A stretch of 64,000 nucleotides of DNA, from the NCBI RefSeq assembly GCF_006345805.1, contig NC_043001.1, positions 129,208,001 to 129,272,000 on the forward strand. Direction: 5' to 3'. The notes beneath the pieces are model-generated. The model searched no databases. It had not been told where the DNA came from and worked only from the letters and a program-made list of their open reading frames with translations. Source of the stretch: Octopus sinensis (Eukaryota). Position 1 is the first letter of the stretch. Each line of letters opens with the position of its first letter. The position numbers were made by a program, and so were the translations under genes. Of the stretch, positions 24,487 to 37,420 are shown in pieces.

Positions 24487-24611
24487 CCTCCTTCTTTCCT
24501 TCCTTCCTGAGCGCCCAATAACACTATATTTGTTCCACGTCCTTGCGTTGTTGTGTTTTCTCTTTGTGTTTTCATGTTTGGATTAACTATATATATATAT
24601 ATACACATATG

Positions 24612-24922
24612 TGGAGGTGCAATGGCCCAGTGGTTAGGGCAGCGGACTCGCAGTCGTAGGATCGCAATTTCAATTCCCAGACTGGGCGTTGTGAGTGTTT
24701 ATTGAGCGAAAACACCTAAAGCTCCACGAGGCTCCGGCAGGGGGTGGTGGCGATCCCTACTGTACTCTTTCGCCACAACTTTCTCTCACTCTTTCTTCTG
24801 TTGGCCTGCTGACTTAGCCAGTGGGGTGGCATCATTTGAAGGCTAAAACAATGTGAAGCGCATTGTGACCAGCGATGTGTAGCAACATCTGATAACCTGG
24901 TCGGTCACAGTGATCACAGTGA
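24612..24922 (+). mobile_element. tRNA-derived SINE family D inserted in (TA)n
   Basis: A-box tggcccagtgg, B-box-like tttcaattccc; homologues at 38349-38650 and 52595-52900. Confidence 0.85.
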
Positions 24923-25016
24923 TATATACATATATATATATGGGTCTTTCAAAATGTGACCTCGTGTGCGATTTTTTTTTCCTCTGTCTTCCCTTCTCTG
25001 GATCTTTCCTTCTCCT

Positions 25017-25053
25017 ATGTTTCCGACAAAGAGCTCCGCTCGAAACATTAAAC
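25017..25053 (+). ncRNA. Decayed paralogue of the 24452 hammerhead
   Basis: GTTT CCGACAA A GAGC tcc GCTC GAAACATT AAAC, inside a second copy (24941-25128) of the 24431-24590 repeat. Confidence 0.55.
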
Positions 25054-25123
25054 CCTCCTTCTTTCCTGAGCGTCCGATAATACTATATTTGTTCCACGTC
25101 CTTGTGCTTTCTTGTTTGGATTA

Positions 25124-25188
<65 letters not shown>

Positions 25189-25593
25189 CATGTATATATG
25201 CATGTGTGTATGTATATGGTGTATTTAGAATTTAAGTTGCACAACAAACAATCAGTGGTTAGAACTATGTTGTATTTCTGTATGTCTGAAGAGAATCCAT
25301 GAGAATGATTCAGTATCAGAGTCCATGTATCAATTTGGTTGGAATCTACAGTTGGTAATGTGTGTCACAGAGTACATGGTGAAAGAATAACAGGAGATTG
25401 TTTATAAAGTATCAGGTTTACACCATCTTATGTGTGTTTCATTTTTAATGTAACTAAATATTTTATAAACAATACCTCCTGCTTTGCTTTGTCTTCCGTG
25501 TGTGTGTGTGTGTGTGTGTATGTTTGCGTGTTCATGCTTATGTATGTTTGTATATGTGTGTATATATACATATATATATACATATATACATAT

Positions 25594-25664
<71 letters not shown>

Positions 25665-26478
25665 GTAAATGAGCAGAAAAAATGTTTCCATTAGTCATTT
25701 GCATGTTTATGTATGTTCTTAGCACACACACAACACAAACACATAACACGCACACACAACACACACATAACACACACACACATACACACACGATTGGGAT
25801 ATTCTTAACAATTATTTCACGGAATGATTTTCTTTGTGTTTCATTTATTCTTCAGCACCTAAAATCTCACAGTAAATACATCTGCCACCCTACTGAACTA
25901 CTACTGTTAATACAGGGCAGTGAGGAGGATGTAGATGGAGTGTCTCTACCTCAATTTGTTCTAAATTTTTTCTTGTTAATTAAAAAAAAACAAAAAAAAA
26001 AACACACACACACACAATAATGTTTACTCTCAAACCCAAACCATAGCAACATCAAATCTTGCTTTACTGCCACCTACTGTTGATTAGTTACAGATACTGT
26101 AAGGTGAAGTGTTCAGCAAACCCTACATTTTTAGGCCTCATCACACATAAACAATCAGTATTTTGTACTGTTTGTTACTTGGAGCCATATGAAAATACGT
26201 TTTTTATTTAAAAAAATTAAATAGAAATGAGTATCAGTGAAAGAAAATTTACAAAAAATGAAAAACTATGTTGCATATTTATGAGTTCCTGTCTATAATT
26301 CTACAGTTTTCATTTAGTTTTGTTGTGTAGTAAGAAGGTTATATATATTTATATATATATATATATACATGTATATACATGTATATATATATGTGTATAT
26401 ATATGTATATGCATATACATGTATATATTTGTATATACATATGTCTGTATATATATATGTGTATACATATATATATAT

Positions 26479-26529
<51 letters not shown>

Positions 26530-27824
26530 TATATATATAATGTAAAAAAACTCAAAATACTGTACAAAATATATAACACAATGTTGTATCATTGTAAAGA
26601 GAGAAAAACTTCCAAACACAAAAGAAAAAATCCTGTTAGATTCAATAACAAATAAAAAAATAAAGAACAGAAAACTGCTTTTGTTACTGCCAAAAAAAAT
26701 ACCAAAAAAAAAATGAATAAACTTAAGCGGAACAAAAATTTCATGACTGAGAGGCAAAATATATGAATTTTACAGTTCAATCAGTTTCTTCTGAAATTCA
26801 TCTCAAACATATAATGAAACAAAGAGGAATTGATAATTAATTTTATGTCAAACAAGATTTTTCAATTTAAAGAAATTTCCAAGGTATTGGGGACAACATA
26901 TTGTTAAGTATAATACAAGAGTTTATAAGGTGCATGAAATGAAAAATAAGAGACAAAGATTTTTTTTCACCCCCATTAATAAAATGTCTACCAAAACCAA
27001 AAAAAAAACAAAAACAAAAAAAAAACATATGCTCCTGGTTTGCTGAAAGGCTGAAGAAGGGCTCACTTGTAAGAATTGAATATAAGGAATGAAGTTTAAA
27101 ATGAAATTGTTAAAAGAAAAATGTAAAATAATGGTAAACAAAACATAGAACTGGTATTATTGGGGGAAAAAAGCATGCATAATAGAGAGAAATGATAGAT
27201 TATGAAAATAACATAAAAATAATATAGACAATGGTGAGGTTATAATTTCTCTACACTGTTAAACCTCATCTTCAGAGATGAAAATATAATGTAATGTCTA
27301 TATCTATACTGTTTAGATGAGTTTGAATCATTTATTATCTGATGTTTTATTCTCTGGTTATATACATGGATCCAAAGTGGTTTTAAGCTATGAATCATTA
27401 TTTCTAGATCAAGTGTGATAAACCATTAGTTTAGAAATAAAAGGCTTTAGATTCAAATCTAGTCAAATTCACTTTGAGAAATATAAGACCATCAATAGGT
27501 AGACTACATTTAAAAATAGATTTTTACCACAATTACAAAGTTAAGAATTTTGTTGGAGTGGGTATAGTTGATTGAACTGCTCCCAGAACTTGACTGCCAC
27601 TTTATTTTGTTGACATCAGAAGGATGAGATGCAAAGTTGTATTTGGCAGGAATTAAACTCACAATGTAAAGGGCTGGGGCTAAACAAAAGGCATTTTGTC
27701 AAATGCTCTGTTGATTCTGCCAATCAACTAACTTGTATTGTAAATGTCATCATTTTACAAAGTGAAAACATCTTAGATTTTGGGAAGGCAACAGTCGATT
27801 ATACTGACCTAACTAGTATTTCAT

Positions 27825-28219
27825 TTTACTCTTTACTCTCTTTTACTTGTTTCAGTCATTTGACTGCGGCCATGCTGGAGCATTGCCTTTTAGTCGAGCA
27901 AATCGACTCTGGGACTTATTCTTTGTAAGCCCAGTACTTATTCTATCGGTCTCTTTTGCCGAACCGCTAAGTGACGGGGACGTAAACACACCAGCATCGG
28001 TTGTCAAGCAATGCTAGGGGGACAAACACGGACACACAAACACACATACATATATATACAGGCTTCTTTCAGATTCCGTCTACCAAATCCACTCACAAGG
28101 CATTGGTCGGCCCGGTGCTATAGCAGAAGACACTTGCCCAAGATGCCACGCAGTGGGACTGAACCCGGAACCATGTGGTTGGTTAGCAAGCTACTTACCA
28201 CACAGCCACTCCTGCACCT
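27825..28219 (-). mobile_element. SINE family A
   Basis: Full-length reverse copy. Confidence 0.9.
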
Positions 28220-28673
28220 ATCAATTTTATCAATGCTGGAAGAATGAAAGACAAAGTTGGTCAGAGCAGGATTTGAACTTAGAACAAAAAGGATCGTAAC
28301 TAAATACCACAAGGTTTTGTCCTCTTGTATTTTTCTTTTTCTTTTTCCTTTCCAGAAAGCCAAGTTCTGTGATGCCAACTGAATGCCTGGTTGAGCTAGT
28401 TACACTTCAGAAACTTAAGATAATTTCAGATCCATCTTTTTAGTGTAGATTAAGTATTAAAAAATAAAAAGTCTTTCATCTCTAAAGATAGGTTCAGTAT
28501 CAGACGAATTATCAACAAATTAACAAAAACTCAGCCTCTTGTATTTTCTTTTTTTTTTCCTTTCTTTTTTACTCTTCATTTCTTTTTTCTTTGCTTCTTT
28601 CCTTTTTTGTTTTTTTTTGTATGTTATTTGTTTATCAGGATAGAAAAAAAAAAAAAGAAACTGCTTTACTTAC

Positions 28674-28777
28674 CCAAGAATGTTTGGATCAATGGAAGAA
28701 GTAATTTGAAAATTTCTTGGGAAAACCTGTCGGACTGATTTCAAAGTGTCAAGAGCTGGTTTCCAGAACCTTGTTAT
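28674..28777 (-). CDS. FUZ: FUZ next coding exon, 104 nt, phase 0-2
   Basis: The minus strand reads ttttgttgtattttcacag|ATAACA...CTTGG|gtaagt. It translates to ITRFWKPALDTLKSVRQVFPRNFQITSSIDPNIL(G), matching human FUZ LLERWWQPLLDPLRA...PR...TDILG. It is in frame with the 31964-31869 exon across a 3091-bp intron; the other two frames have stops. Confidence 0.92.
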
Positions 28778-29132
28778 CTGTGAAAATACAACAAAAATAA
28801 TTTGGTCTTCTCACTCATTATTTCCCCCATGCAACAAAGCATGAAGCATCTTTAACATATCCCCCCCACCCATCTTTCTCTTTTTGCTGAAACCATTTTA
28901 GGATTTTATCTTTTTTCTGCTGTTAGGTCACCCTCAGTTTCATTTTCTAGGAATTATATCCTGCAGATAGCTTTCAAGAAGAAAAATCCACATGTTGAAT
29001 TCTTGATTTGACCAAACAGTTTTAGTGAGTTGTTTTTAACTGTATTTAGAATTAGTTGTAGGTTTGATTTTCTCATAGACAAAATGCATTTAATAATAAT
29101 AAACAATCTCAGTAATAAATCTGATAACATAA

Positions 29133-29428
29133 TCTTTATATATAAAATTGAAGTTGTGTGTGTGAGACTCTGTCTCCTCTGATTTAGATTCCTAACTACT
29201 CCCACATTTTGCGGTGCAGTTTAACCAAAAGCGGGTATCTTATAGTTGTCATTCATATAGAGCCCTTCTGGGTATTAGCGCGCGTCTACGATTTAAAAAA
29301 AAATTTACCATCATTTTTCCGCATTTTTAATGATTTTTGCTCGGGTTATATAAGGGAAGTAACTCTCTAAAAATGCTTATATAGTTATTTCCCTTACAAA
29401 CCCGAGCAACGCCGGGCGATACTGCTAG
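29133..29428 (+). mobile_element. Non-autonomous Helitron inside the FUZ intron
   Basis: A|TCTTTATATATAAAA ... CCCG-agcaacgc-CGGG hairpin ... CTGCTAG|T: 5' TC, 3' CTAG, AT target, no TSD. Confidence 0.8.
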
Positions 29429-30544
29429 TTTGTAATAGAACTGTTTTAAAGTTATTTCTTTCAGGCCAGAAGATGTCACACAGCTGGACTAAAACTGGGA
29501 TCTCATGATTGTGAAGTGAACTTATGTATATGTTGGTGAGTGTGGTAAAGGATTGGTAGTTTTCCAGAAATCCGAGTTCTGTAATGCCAACTGAATGCCT
29601 GGTTGAGCTAGTTACACTTCAGGTAATTTCAGATCAAAATCATTAGGCTGGAGAGTGATGAACTTTGTCAAACTGGTTAGTTGAAATATTGAAGGAAAGA
29701 CTGACTTGGTGTAAGAATTGAATATAAGGAATAAAATTTAAAATGTAATAGAGAAAAAAGAATAAAGTAAAAAAGAAAAACTAAACAAGCAATGGTGGTA
29801 AAACTGGTAAAAACTGATAGATAGAAGCTGGTGACTTAAAAAGACCAAAAAAAAATATTGGCATTCTTGAAATAAAGTATAAGAAATAGAGATGAAACAG
29901 GAGAATATATATAAAAAATATATATATAAATACTGAAAAGCTTTATAATTTTTCTGCATTGTTAATCTCATCTTCAGAGATGAAATGTATCTTAATGCTT
30001 ACATCTAGATTATATTTAGGTGAGTTTGATCTCTGATTATCATCAGATGCTTTATTCTCCTGGCTATGTACATGGTCCCAAAGTGGTTTTAAAGCAAAGA
30101 TCTTTATTTCTAAATCAAGTTTGATCATGTTCTTGTTCACTAAAACCATTTGTTTAGAAATATAAACTCTGGGTCCAAAATCCAACCAAATATACATTGG
30201 GAAATATAAGAAAAAAATATAGCTTATGTTTAAACGTTGATTTTTTTTTACCACTAACTTCACTCTTTACATGACACATGACAATAAAACTGCCAGTGCT
30301 GATGCATTAATACCCTTTCATAATCAAATCTAACGAAATATACAGCTTGTTTGTCTCAATTAATTTTGAAGATAATCTAGAAGCTGGATGAATTTAGTAA
30401 AATAATTAATCTCTACCTTTTAGCTGCTGTTTGGAACATAACAGAATTATGATGGAAATTTTATTTTAAACATGAAAGCTTTAAAATGGATAATTTTGCA
30501 CTGCAGACTGTGAGAAACTTAAATACATCACTAGTTGCAGTTTA

Positions 30545-30762
30545 TGAGGTAGGTGCCGAAAAGTTCCTGACTTTGGGTGAAAGAAAATACAGAAGGATCA
30601 GTTAATCATGATTTTATTCAACATATTCTCCTCTCAGATTCATACACTTATTGCAGCAGTCCTTCCATTTTTCTAAGCCCTGTAAAAGAATTCAGAAGGT
30701 TGTGCCTCCAACCAGGCCTTTCATCATACCCTTAGAGCCAGGAACTTTTCAGCACCCCTTTG
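30545..30762. mobile_element. Mariner-type MITE
   Basis: TA-flanked imperfect TIRs tgaggtaggtgccgaaaagttcctgacttt / agagccaggaacttttcagcacccctttg. Confidence 0.8.
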
Positions 30763-30970
30763 TATATGTATGAAAATTAATGTTTCATAACACTTAAAGC
30801 AGTTTGGCCGCAGTCAAAATGACTGAAACAAGTAAAAGAGTAAAAGAGTAAACAATTTCCCTCTACCTAAGGGTTAAACAGACCCTGTGCCTTAGAATTA
30901 AAATTATTCTGTTGAGTGTAATGCTTGTTCATTCTCATTGTTTTGAATTAATCATGCATTATCTCATAGC

Positions 30971-31302
30971 TTAGTGGTTGGAGTGTCAGGCTCACAATCG
31001 TGAGGTAGTGTGTTCAATTCCCAGGCTGGGCTGTGTGCTGTGTTCATGAGCAAAACACTTTATTTCATGTTCCTCCAGTTCACTCAGCTGCAGAAATGAG
31101 TTGTGATGTCACTGGTGCCTGGTTGTATCAGCCTTTGCTCTTCCCTTGGATAACATCAATGGTATGGAGTCTGGAGGCTGGTAGGCATTGGCAACTGCTG
31201 GTCTTCTATAAATGACATTGCCAGAACTTGTGCCTGGGAGGAGAACTTTCTATGCGCAACCCCATGGTCATTCATGACCAAAGGGGGGTCTTTACCCTTT
31301 AC
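30971..31302 (+). mobile_element. SINE family E in the FUZ intron
   Basis: ttagtggttggagtgtcaggctcacaatcgtgagg...gttcaattccc head; ends tttacccttt. Confidence 0.85.
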
Positions 31303-31424
31303 CTCGTAGATTGGAGATTTTGATGATGTGATTGTTTATTTTTACAATGACATTGTAGGGTAAGTGTGAGAGGCCAGATCTGGCTGGTTTGAACATAAAG
31401 CCAGTAGAATATTTGGGCCTGATA

Positions 31425-31625
31425 TCATCATCATCATCATCATTTAGCGTCCGTTTTCCATGCTAGCATGGGTTGGACGGTTCAACTGGGGTCTGTGAAA
31501 CCGGAAGGCTTCATCAGGCCCAGTCAGATCTGGCAGTGTTTCTACGGCTGGATGCCCTTCCTAACGCCAACCACTCCGTGAGTGTAGTGGGTGCTTTTTA
31601 CGTGCCACCCGCACAGGTGCCAAAC
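31425..31625 (-). mobile_element. SINE family C 3' part in the FUZ intron
   Basis: Homologous to 1301-1537. Confidence 0.85.
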
Positions 31626-31868
31626 ACAATATGGCCTGCTTAAATGTTAAAGGGTTATGGGTAAGTTCAGGAGAGCTGGAGGCTAGTAGAACAAACTGTA
31701 AGTAAACTGGCAGAAGATAACTGGAAACCACTGTCCTCTTTATCCCCGCAAAAATTATGAATCTTCAAACTTTGATATTAAAGGTCCATGATTGCTGATG
31801 CTTGTAGACAGAACATATGAATGGAGACAAAGAGAAATGAAGAAGAAATAAATAAAATTTCCACTTAC

Positions 31869-31964
31869 CTCTTTCTCGAGCTTTCCTAGAGTTGGGCTCG
31901 AACCACACAACAGACAAACTTCAACATCTTTTATTAGGTTGAAAATAAGCAGACGGTATGGAAC
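31869..31964 (-). CDS. FUZ: FUZ (fuzzy planar cell polarity / CPLANE subunit) internal coding exon, 96 nt, phase 0-0
   Basis: The minus strand reads ttctttcattacacag|GTTCCA...AAAGAG|gtaagt. It translates to VPYRLLIFNLIKDVEVCLLCGSSPTLGKLEKE, matching human FUZ VPHRLLTLTLLPSLELCLLCGPSPPLSQL as I recall it. Splice sites are canonical. Confidence 0.93.
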
Positions 31965-32215
31965 CTGTGTAATGAAAGAAAAGGAAAAAAAGACTAAAAT
32001 TAGATGGAGTTGTCATGGCGGGAACAGTTTTGATCACATTTGCTTAATTAGGTTTAAATAACAAGAAGAAACAAGACAAACATCAATGATAAATGCTACA
32101 GACATTTAAGAAACTGAAAAAATAAAGATGGAGCTAAATTTCTTATATTATGAGTTTACTTTAGAACGCCTTGTTGTTGCGCTTGCTCCTCTATTTTGGT
32201 TCTGCTTATTGTTAA

Positions 32216-32611
32216 TCTTTATATATAAAAGTGAGGTTGTGTGTCTGTCTCCTACGATTTAGATTCCTAACTACTCCCACATTTTGCGGTGCTGTTTAAC
32301 CATAACCGAGTATCTTATAGTCGTGATTCATATCGAGCCCTTCTGGGTATTAGCGCGCGTCTACGATGAGTCTACGATTTTAAAAAAATTTACCATAATT
32401 TTTTTCCATTTTAATGCATTTTTTTCGCTATTATATAAGGGAAGTAACTCTCTAAAAATGTCTACGATGAGTCAACGATTTAAAAAAAAATTACCATAAT
32501 TTTTTTTCCATTTTTAATGCATTTTTTGCTATTTTTTTGCTATAACTCTCTAAAAATGCTTATATAGTTATTTCCCTTACAAACCCGAGCAACGCCGGGC
32601 GATACTGCTAG
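32216..32611 (+). mobile_element. Non-autonomous Helitron, same family, with an internal ~95-bp duplication
   Basis: A|TC...CTAG|T with the same subterminal hairpin. The gtctacgatgagtc...aactctctaaaaat block occurs twice. Confidence 0.8.
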
Positions 32612-33704
32612 TCTCTTTATAAATGTGTCTTTATTGCTGTTGTTGATCTTATCCTTTTACTCAATGTAAATTCTCATATGGTTTCCTGTTGGTTGTATTC
32701 CTGTATGTATTGTCATGGGCTTTTTTTTTTTTTTTGGCCAGTAACAGGAATCATTATTAATTGCTACCAGGGCAGCGAGCTGGCAGAATCGTTAGCATGC
32801 TGGACGAAATCATTAGCGGTATTTTGCCCGTCGCTATGTTCTGAGTTCAAATTCCTCCAAGGTCGACTTTGCCTTTCATCCTTTCAGGGTCAATTAAATA
32901 AGTACCAGTTACACACTGGTTTTGATGTAACCGACTTAATCATCCCTTACCCCAAATTTCAGGCCTTGTGCTTCCAGTAGAAAGGAGGAGGAAGAAGAGG
33001 AAGAAGAAAAAGAACAACAACAACAACAGCAGCAGCAGCAGCAGCCGCCGCCGCTGCAACCACCACCACCACCACCACCACCACCACCACCACCACCACC
33101 AATAATAATCCTTTCTAGTATAGACAGAAGGCCTGAAATTTGGGGGAGAGGATAGTCAATTATATTGACTCCATCCCAGTGTAACTGGTACTTTTTTCAT
33201 TGGTCCTGAAAGGATGAAAAGCAAAGTCAACCATGCTCAGTATCTTGCTTGGCATGCTAACAATTCTGCCAGTTTGCTGCCTTACTAACAATAATAATCC
33301 TTTCTACTATAGGGGCATAAAGCCTAAAATTCGGGAGAGGGGATAAGTCGAGTACATCGGCCCCACTATTTCACTGGTACTTAATTTATCGACCCTAAAA
33401 GGATGAAAGGCAAAGTTGACCTTGCTGGGATTTGAACTCAGAATGTAGTGGCAGACAAAATACCTATTTCTTTACTACTCACAAGGAGCTAAACACAGAG
33501 AGGACAAACAAGGACAGACAAACGGATTAAGTCGATTACATCGACCCCAGTGCGTAACTGGTACTTAATCTATCGACCCCGAAAGGATGAAAGGCAAAGT
33601 CGACCTCCGCAGAATTTGAACTCAGAACGTAACGGCAGACGAAATATGGCTACGCATTTCGCCCAGCATGCTAACGTTTCTGCCAGCTCGCCACCTTACT
33701 GATG

Positions 33705-33746
<42 letters not shown>

Positions 33747-35099
33747 TTATAATAATTCAGAAAATATTCTGAATCTGCTATGCTTTCAATACTCAAAATG
33801 CATAAGGAGAAATATGTTTATGGGTTATTAACATCATGCCCAGGAGGAATTAATAAAATGACAGGAAAATTTCATCAAATTTATACAAAACTGTTTGATT
33901 AAATATTCTTCTTTTCCCTTTTCTTTTTCCTTTCCTTTTTCTCTCTCTTTTTTTTCCCCGTCTTTCTTTTTTTGCCAGTTATAAATTTGAAACTTAAAGA
34001 CTGATGATGTCATTCCATCAATGTATGGATGCTGGTTGCTCTCGTTCATATTCTAGATTTGAATTTCTATAATTTTGAGTTTTTACTTTTTATTTTGAAC
34101 TCAACAAAACAGTCTTGCTGTCAAATATTGTTCAACCAATGAAATATCTATTACAATCGGATTGCACTCTTCATCTTGTCTGTTTACCTTTGTGAAGAAT
34201 TATGCTAAAATACTGTTATTATTATTATTAATATTATAGGAAAGGTGGACTGGCAGAATCTTTAGAGTACTGACCAAAATGCCTTGTTCTGAGTTCAAAC
34301 TCTACTGAGGTCAACTTTACCTTTCGTCCTTTTAAGGTTGATAAAAAACAACATTAGCCACACTGGGGTCTATGTAACCACTATGCCAAATCTGAAGCCT
34401 TGTGCTTAATTACAATCTTTCTTCTTTTTCTTATTATTATCTAAGGTGGTGAGCTGGAAGAATCATTAGGACACTGGGTGAAATGCATGGCGGCATTTCA
34501 TCCATCCTTACATTCTGAGTTCAAATTCTGCTGAGGTTGACTTTACCTTTCATCCTTTTGGGGTCAATAAAATGAGTACCAGTCAAGCACTAGGGTCGAT
34601 GCAATCGACTAGCCCCTTCCCCTTAATTTCAGGCCTTGTGTCTATAGAAGAAAGAATTATTATTATTATTATTATCATCATTATTATTATTATTTTATTA
34701 TTATTATTATGTTCATTGTTGTTGCTGCTTCTGTCATTAATGAGCGATACATCAAGGTGAAGAAATTAATCTTCTACCTAATTGATCTTTATTCTTCATG
34801 TGCAACAATCAAAGTGAGCATGGAGACAAATAGACATGCAAAAAAAAAAAAAAAAAAAATGGAAGAAAGACAAATGATAAAAACAGAGAAAAGAAGAAAG
34901 GAAATAATGTGTCAATGGGGAATAGCTGAGGGGAAACATAGTCTTTGTACCTTACTAATTGTTTCAAAGGTTTTGCTGTGGTGCAACAGGGAAGGAGGAA
35001 AATAAGTAACACTGTCAACTAGGAACTCTTTGTTGGAGATGATGGGGGGCCGATGCATAAGTATGTGTGTTAGTGTGTGTGTGTGTGTGTGTGTGTGCA

Positions 35100-35520
35100 T
35101 GTGTAGAATGTGTGTTTTTTGTGTGTGTCTGTATGTGCTAATGCATAGAGGTATATGTGTGTATATGTGTGTGTGTGCATGTGTAGAATGTATGTTTATT
35201 GTGTGTGTAAAAGTATATGTGTGTGTGTGAGGTGTGTGTGTATATGTGTAGAATGTGTGTTTATTGTGTGTGTCTGTCTGTGCTAATGCATAGAAGTATA
35301 TGTGTGTATGTGTGTGTGTGTAGAATGTGTATTTATTGTGTGTGTCTGTGCTGTCGTGAAGTAGTATATGTGTGTGTGTGTGTGTGTGTGTGGAATGTGT
35401 GTTTATTGTGTGTCTGTCTGTGCTAAAGTGTAGAAGTATATGTGTGTGCATGTGCATGTGTACAATGTGTGTTTATTGCGTGTGTTTGTGCTAATGTGAA
35501 GAAGTATATGTGTGTGTTTG
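35100..35520. repeat. Imperfect ~60-75-bp minisatellite within a (TG)n field (35060-35850)
   Basis: Recurrent gtagaatgtgtgtttattgtgtgtgtctgtctgtgctaatgcatagaagtatatgtg, about 6-7 copies. Confidence 0.8.
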
Positions 35521-36171
35521 TGTGTACAAATGTGTATATGTGAGTGTGTATGAGTGTGAATGTATGGTTGTGTGTAAGTGTGTGTGTGTGTGTGTGTGTA
35601 TGTGTGTGTGAATGTGTTTGTGAGTGTGAATGTGTGTGAGACAGTGAATGTGTGTATGTAAGTGTGTGCGTGTGCGCATATGTGAATGTGCAGAATGTGT
35701 GTGTTTATAGAATGTGTCTATCTGTGCTAACATGCAGAAGTATGTGTGTGTAAATGTGTATGTGTGAGTATGTATGTGTGTATGAGTGTAACTGTGAGTA
35801 TGAGTGTGAATGTGTGTGAGTGAATGTGAGTATGTATGTGTGCATATGTATGGTTTCAAGCATAGCTGAATAGCTAAGAAATTTGCTTCGCACTTATGAG
35901 GTCCTGGTTTCAATACCACTGCATGGCATCTTGGGCAAATATCTATTGCAGACTCATGTATACACTCCTCAAATTAAATTCATTTGTGTATTAGTCTCTT
36001 ATAGATAGTTTCCATGGGTTAAGCCTCTGATAATCTTCAAATGTTGTCTCACATTTTTATATACTTAAGCTGAGTTTGAACTCACATTGCTCACAGAGTA
36101 GGAATGGAATTTAATTTATAGGTCAGATATACTGGCAAATATAGAGTTATGTCAATTCGTTTTTGCTGTAT

Positions 36172-36595
36172 AGGTGCAGGAGTGGCTGTGTGGTAAGTAG
36201 CTTGTTAACCAACCACATGGTTCCGGGTTCAGTCCCATTGCGTGGCATCTTGGGCAAGTGTCTTCTGCTATAGCCCCGGGCCGACCAATGCCTTGTGAGT
36301 GGATTTGGTAGACGGAAACTGAAAGAAGCCTGTCGTATATATGTATATATATATATGTAAGTGTGTGTGCATATGTTTGTGTGTCTCTGCTTGTCCCCCT
36401 AGCATTGCTTGACAACCGATGCTGGTGTGTTTACGTCCTTGTCACTTAGCGGTTCGGCAAAAGAGACCGATAGAATAAGTACTGGGCTTACAAAGAATAA
36501 GTCCCGGGGTCGATTTGCTCGACTAAAGGTGGTGCTCCAGCATGGCCGCAGTCAAATGACTGAAACAAGTAAAAGAGTAAAAGAGAGTAAAGAGT
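36172..36595 (+). mobile_element. SINE family A
   Basis: Full-length copy. Confidence 0.9.
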
Positions 36596-36991
36596 AATGC
36601 AAGAGTTGAACAAGAGTTAACATCCCTCATGCAGCATTTTCTTTGAATGAAATGAAAATAAGAGATGTGAACCCACACACGTCTCTTGTTTCTCTTCCAA
36701 CTATTGCATGCATGCAGATCCATCTGAACCTTACAATATTATCTTGCATATCAGCATCTTCATCTTCATCTTCTCCCCTTATCCTAATGACAATCTAACA
36801 ACATGCCATGCATTATGTGTTAATCTATTGTTAATTCAGTGTCACATACAACTAATCCAATTTGATTAGCTATTATTATACGCTTCTATTGATATTTACT
36901 CCTAGCTTAACTTCAAATATTGCTACTAACTCATCCTTCCTTGCACACCCACTTAAGCATGTGCACATCACTCTTACATATATATATATTA

Positions 36992-37030
<39 letters not shown>

Positions 37031-37047
37031 TATACATATATATATAT

Positions 37048-37079
<32 letters not shown>

Positions 37080-37148
37080 CATCATCATCATCATCATCAT
37101 CATCGTTTAGCATCCGTTTTCCATGCTAGCATGTATATATATATATAC

Positions 37149-37281
<133 letters not shown>

Positions 37282-37371
37282 ATACATACATACATACATA
37301 TATATATATATTATATATATATATATATGTACATACATACATATATATATGTATGTATTGTACATACATAC

Positions 37372-37420
<49 letters not shown>

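Noticed and set aside
24612-24700. tRNA gene
   Set aside because: It is a tRNA-like SINE head continuing into a repeated body; no complete cloverleaf was found here or elsewhere in the window.
31500-31520. CTGATGA on the minus strand inside a family C SINE (similar isolated heptamers at 30043, 33700, 34005, 52471 and 62302)
   Set aside because: No stem II-GAAA-helix III-NUH arrangement follows.
36085-36170. Minus-strand LPVYLTYKLNSIPT resembling FUZ PVYLPHGSPT
   Set aside because: Weak acceptor at a SINE edge, wrong donor phase and an in-frame stop.
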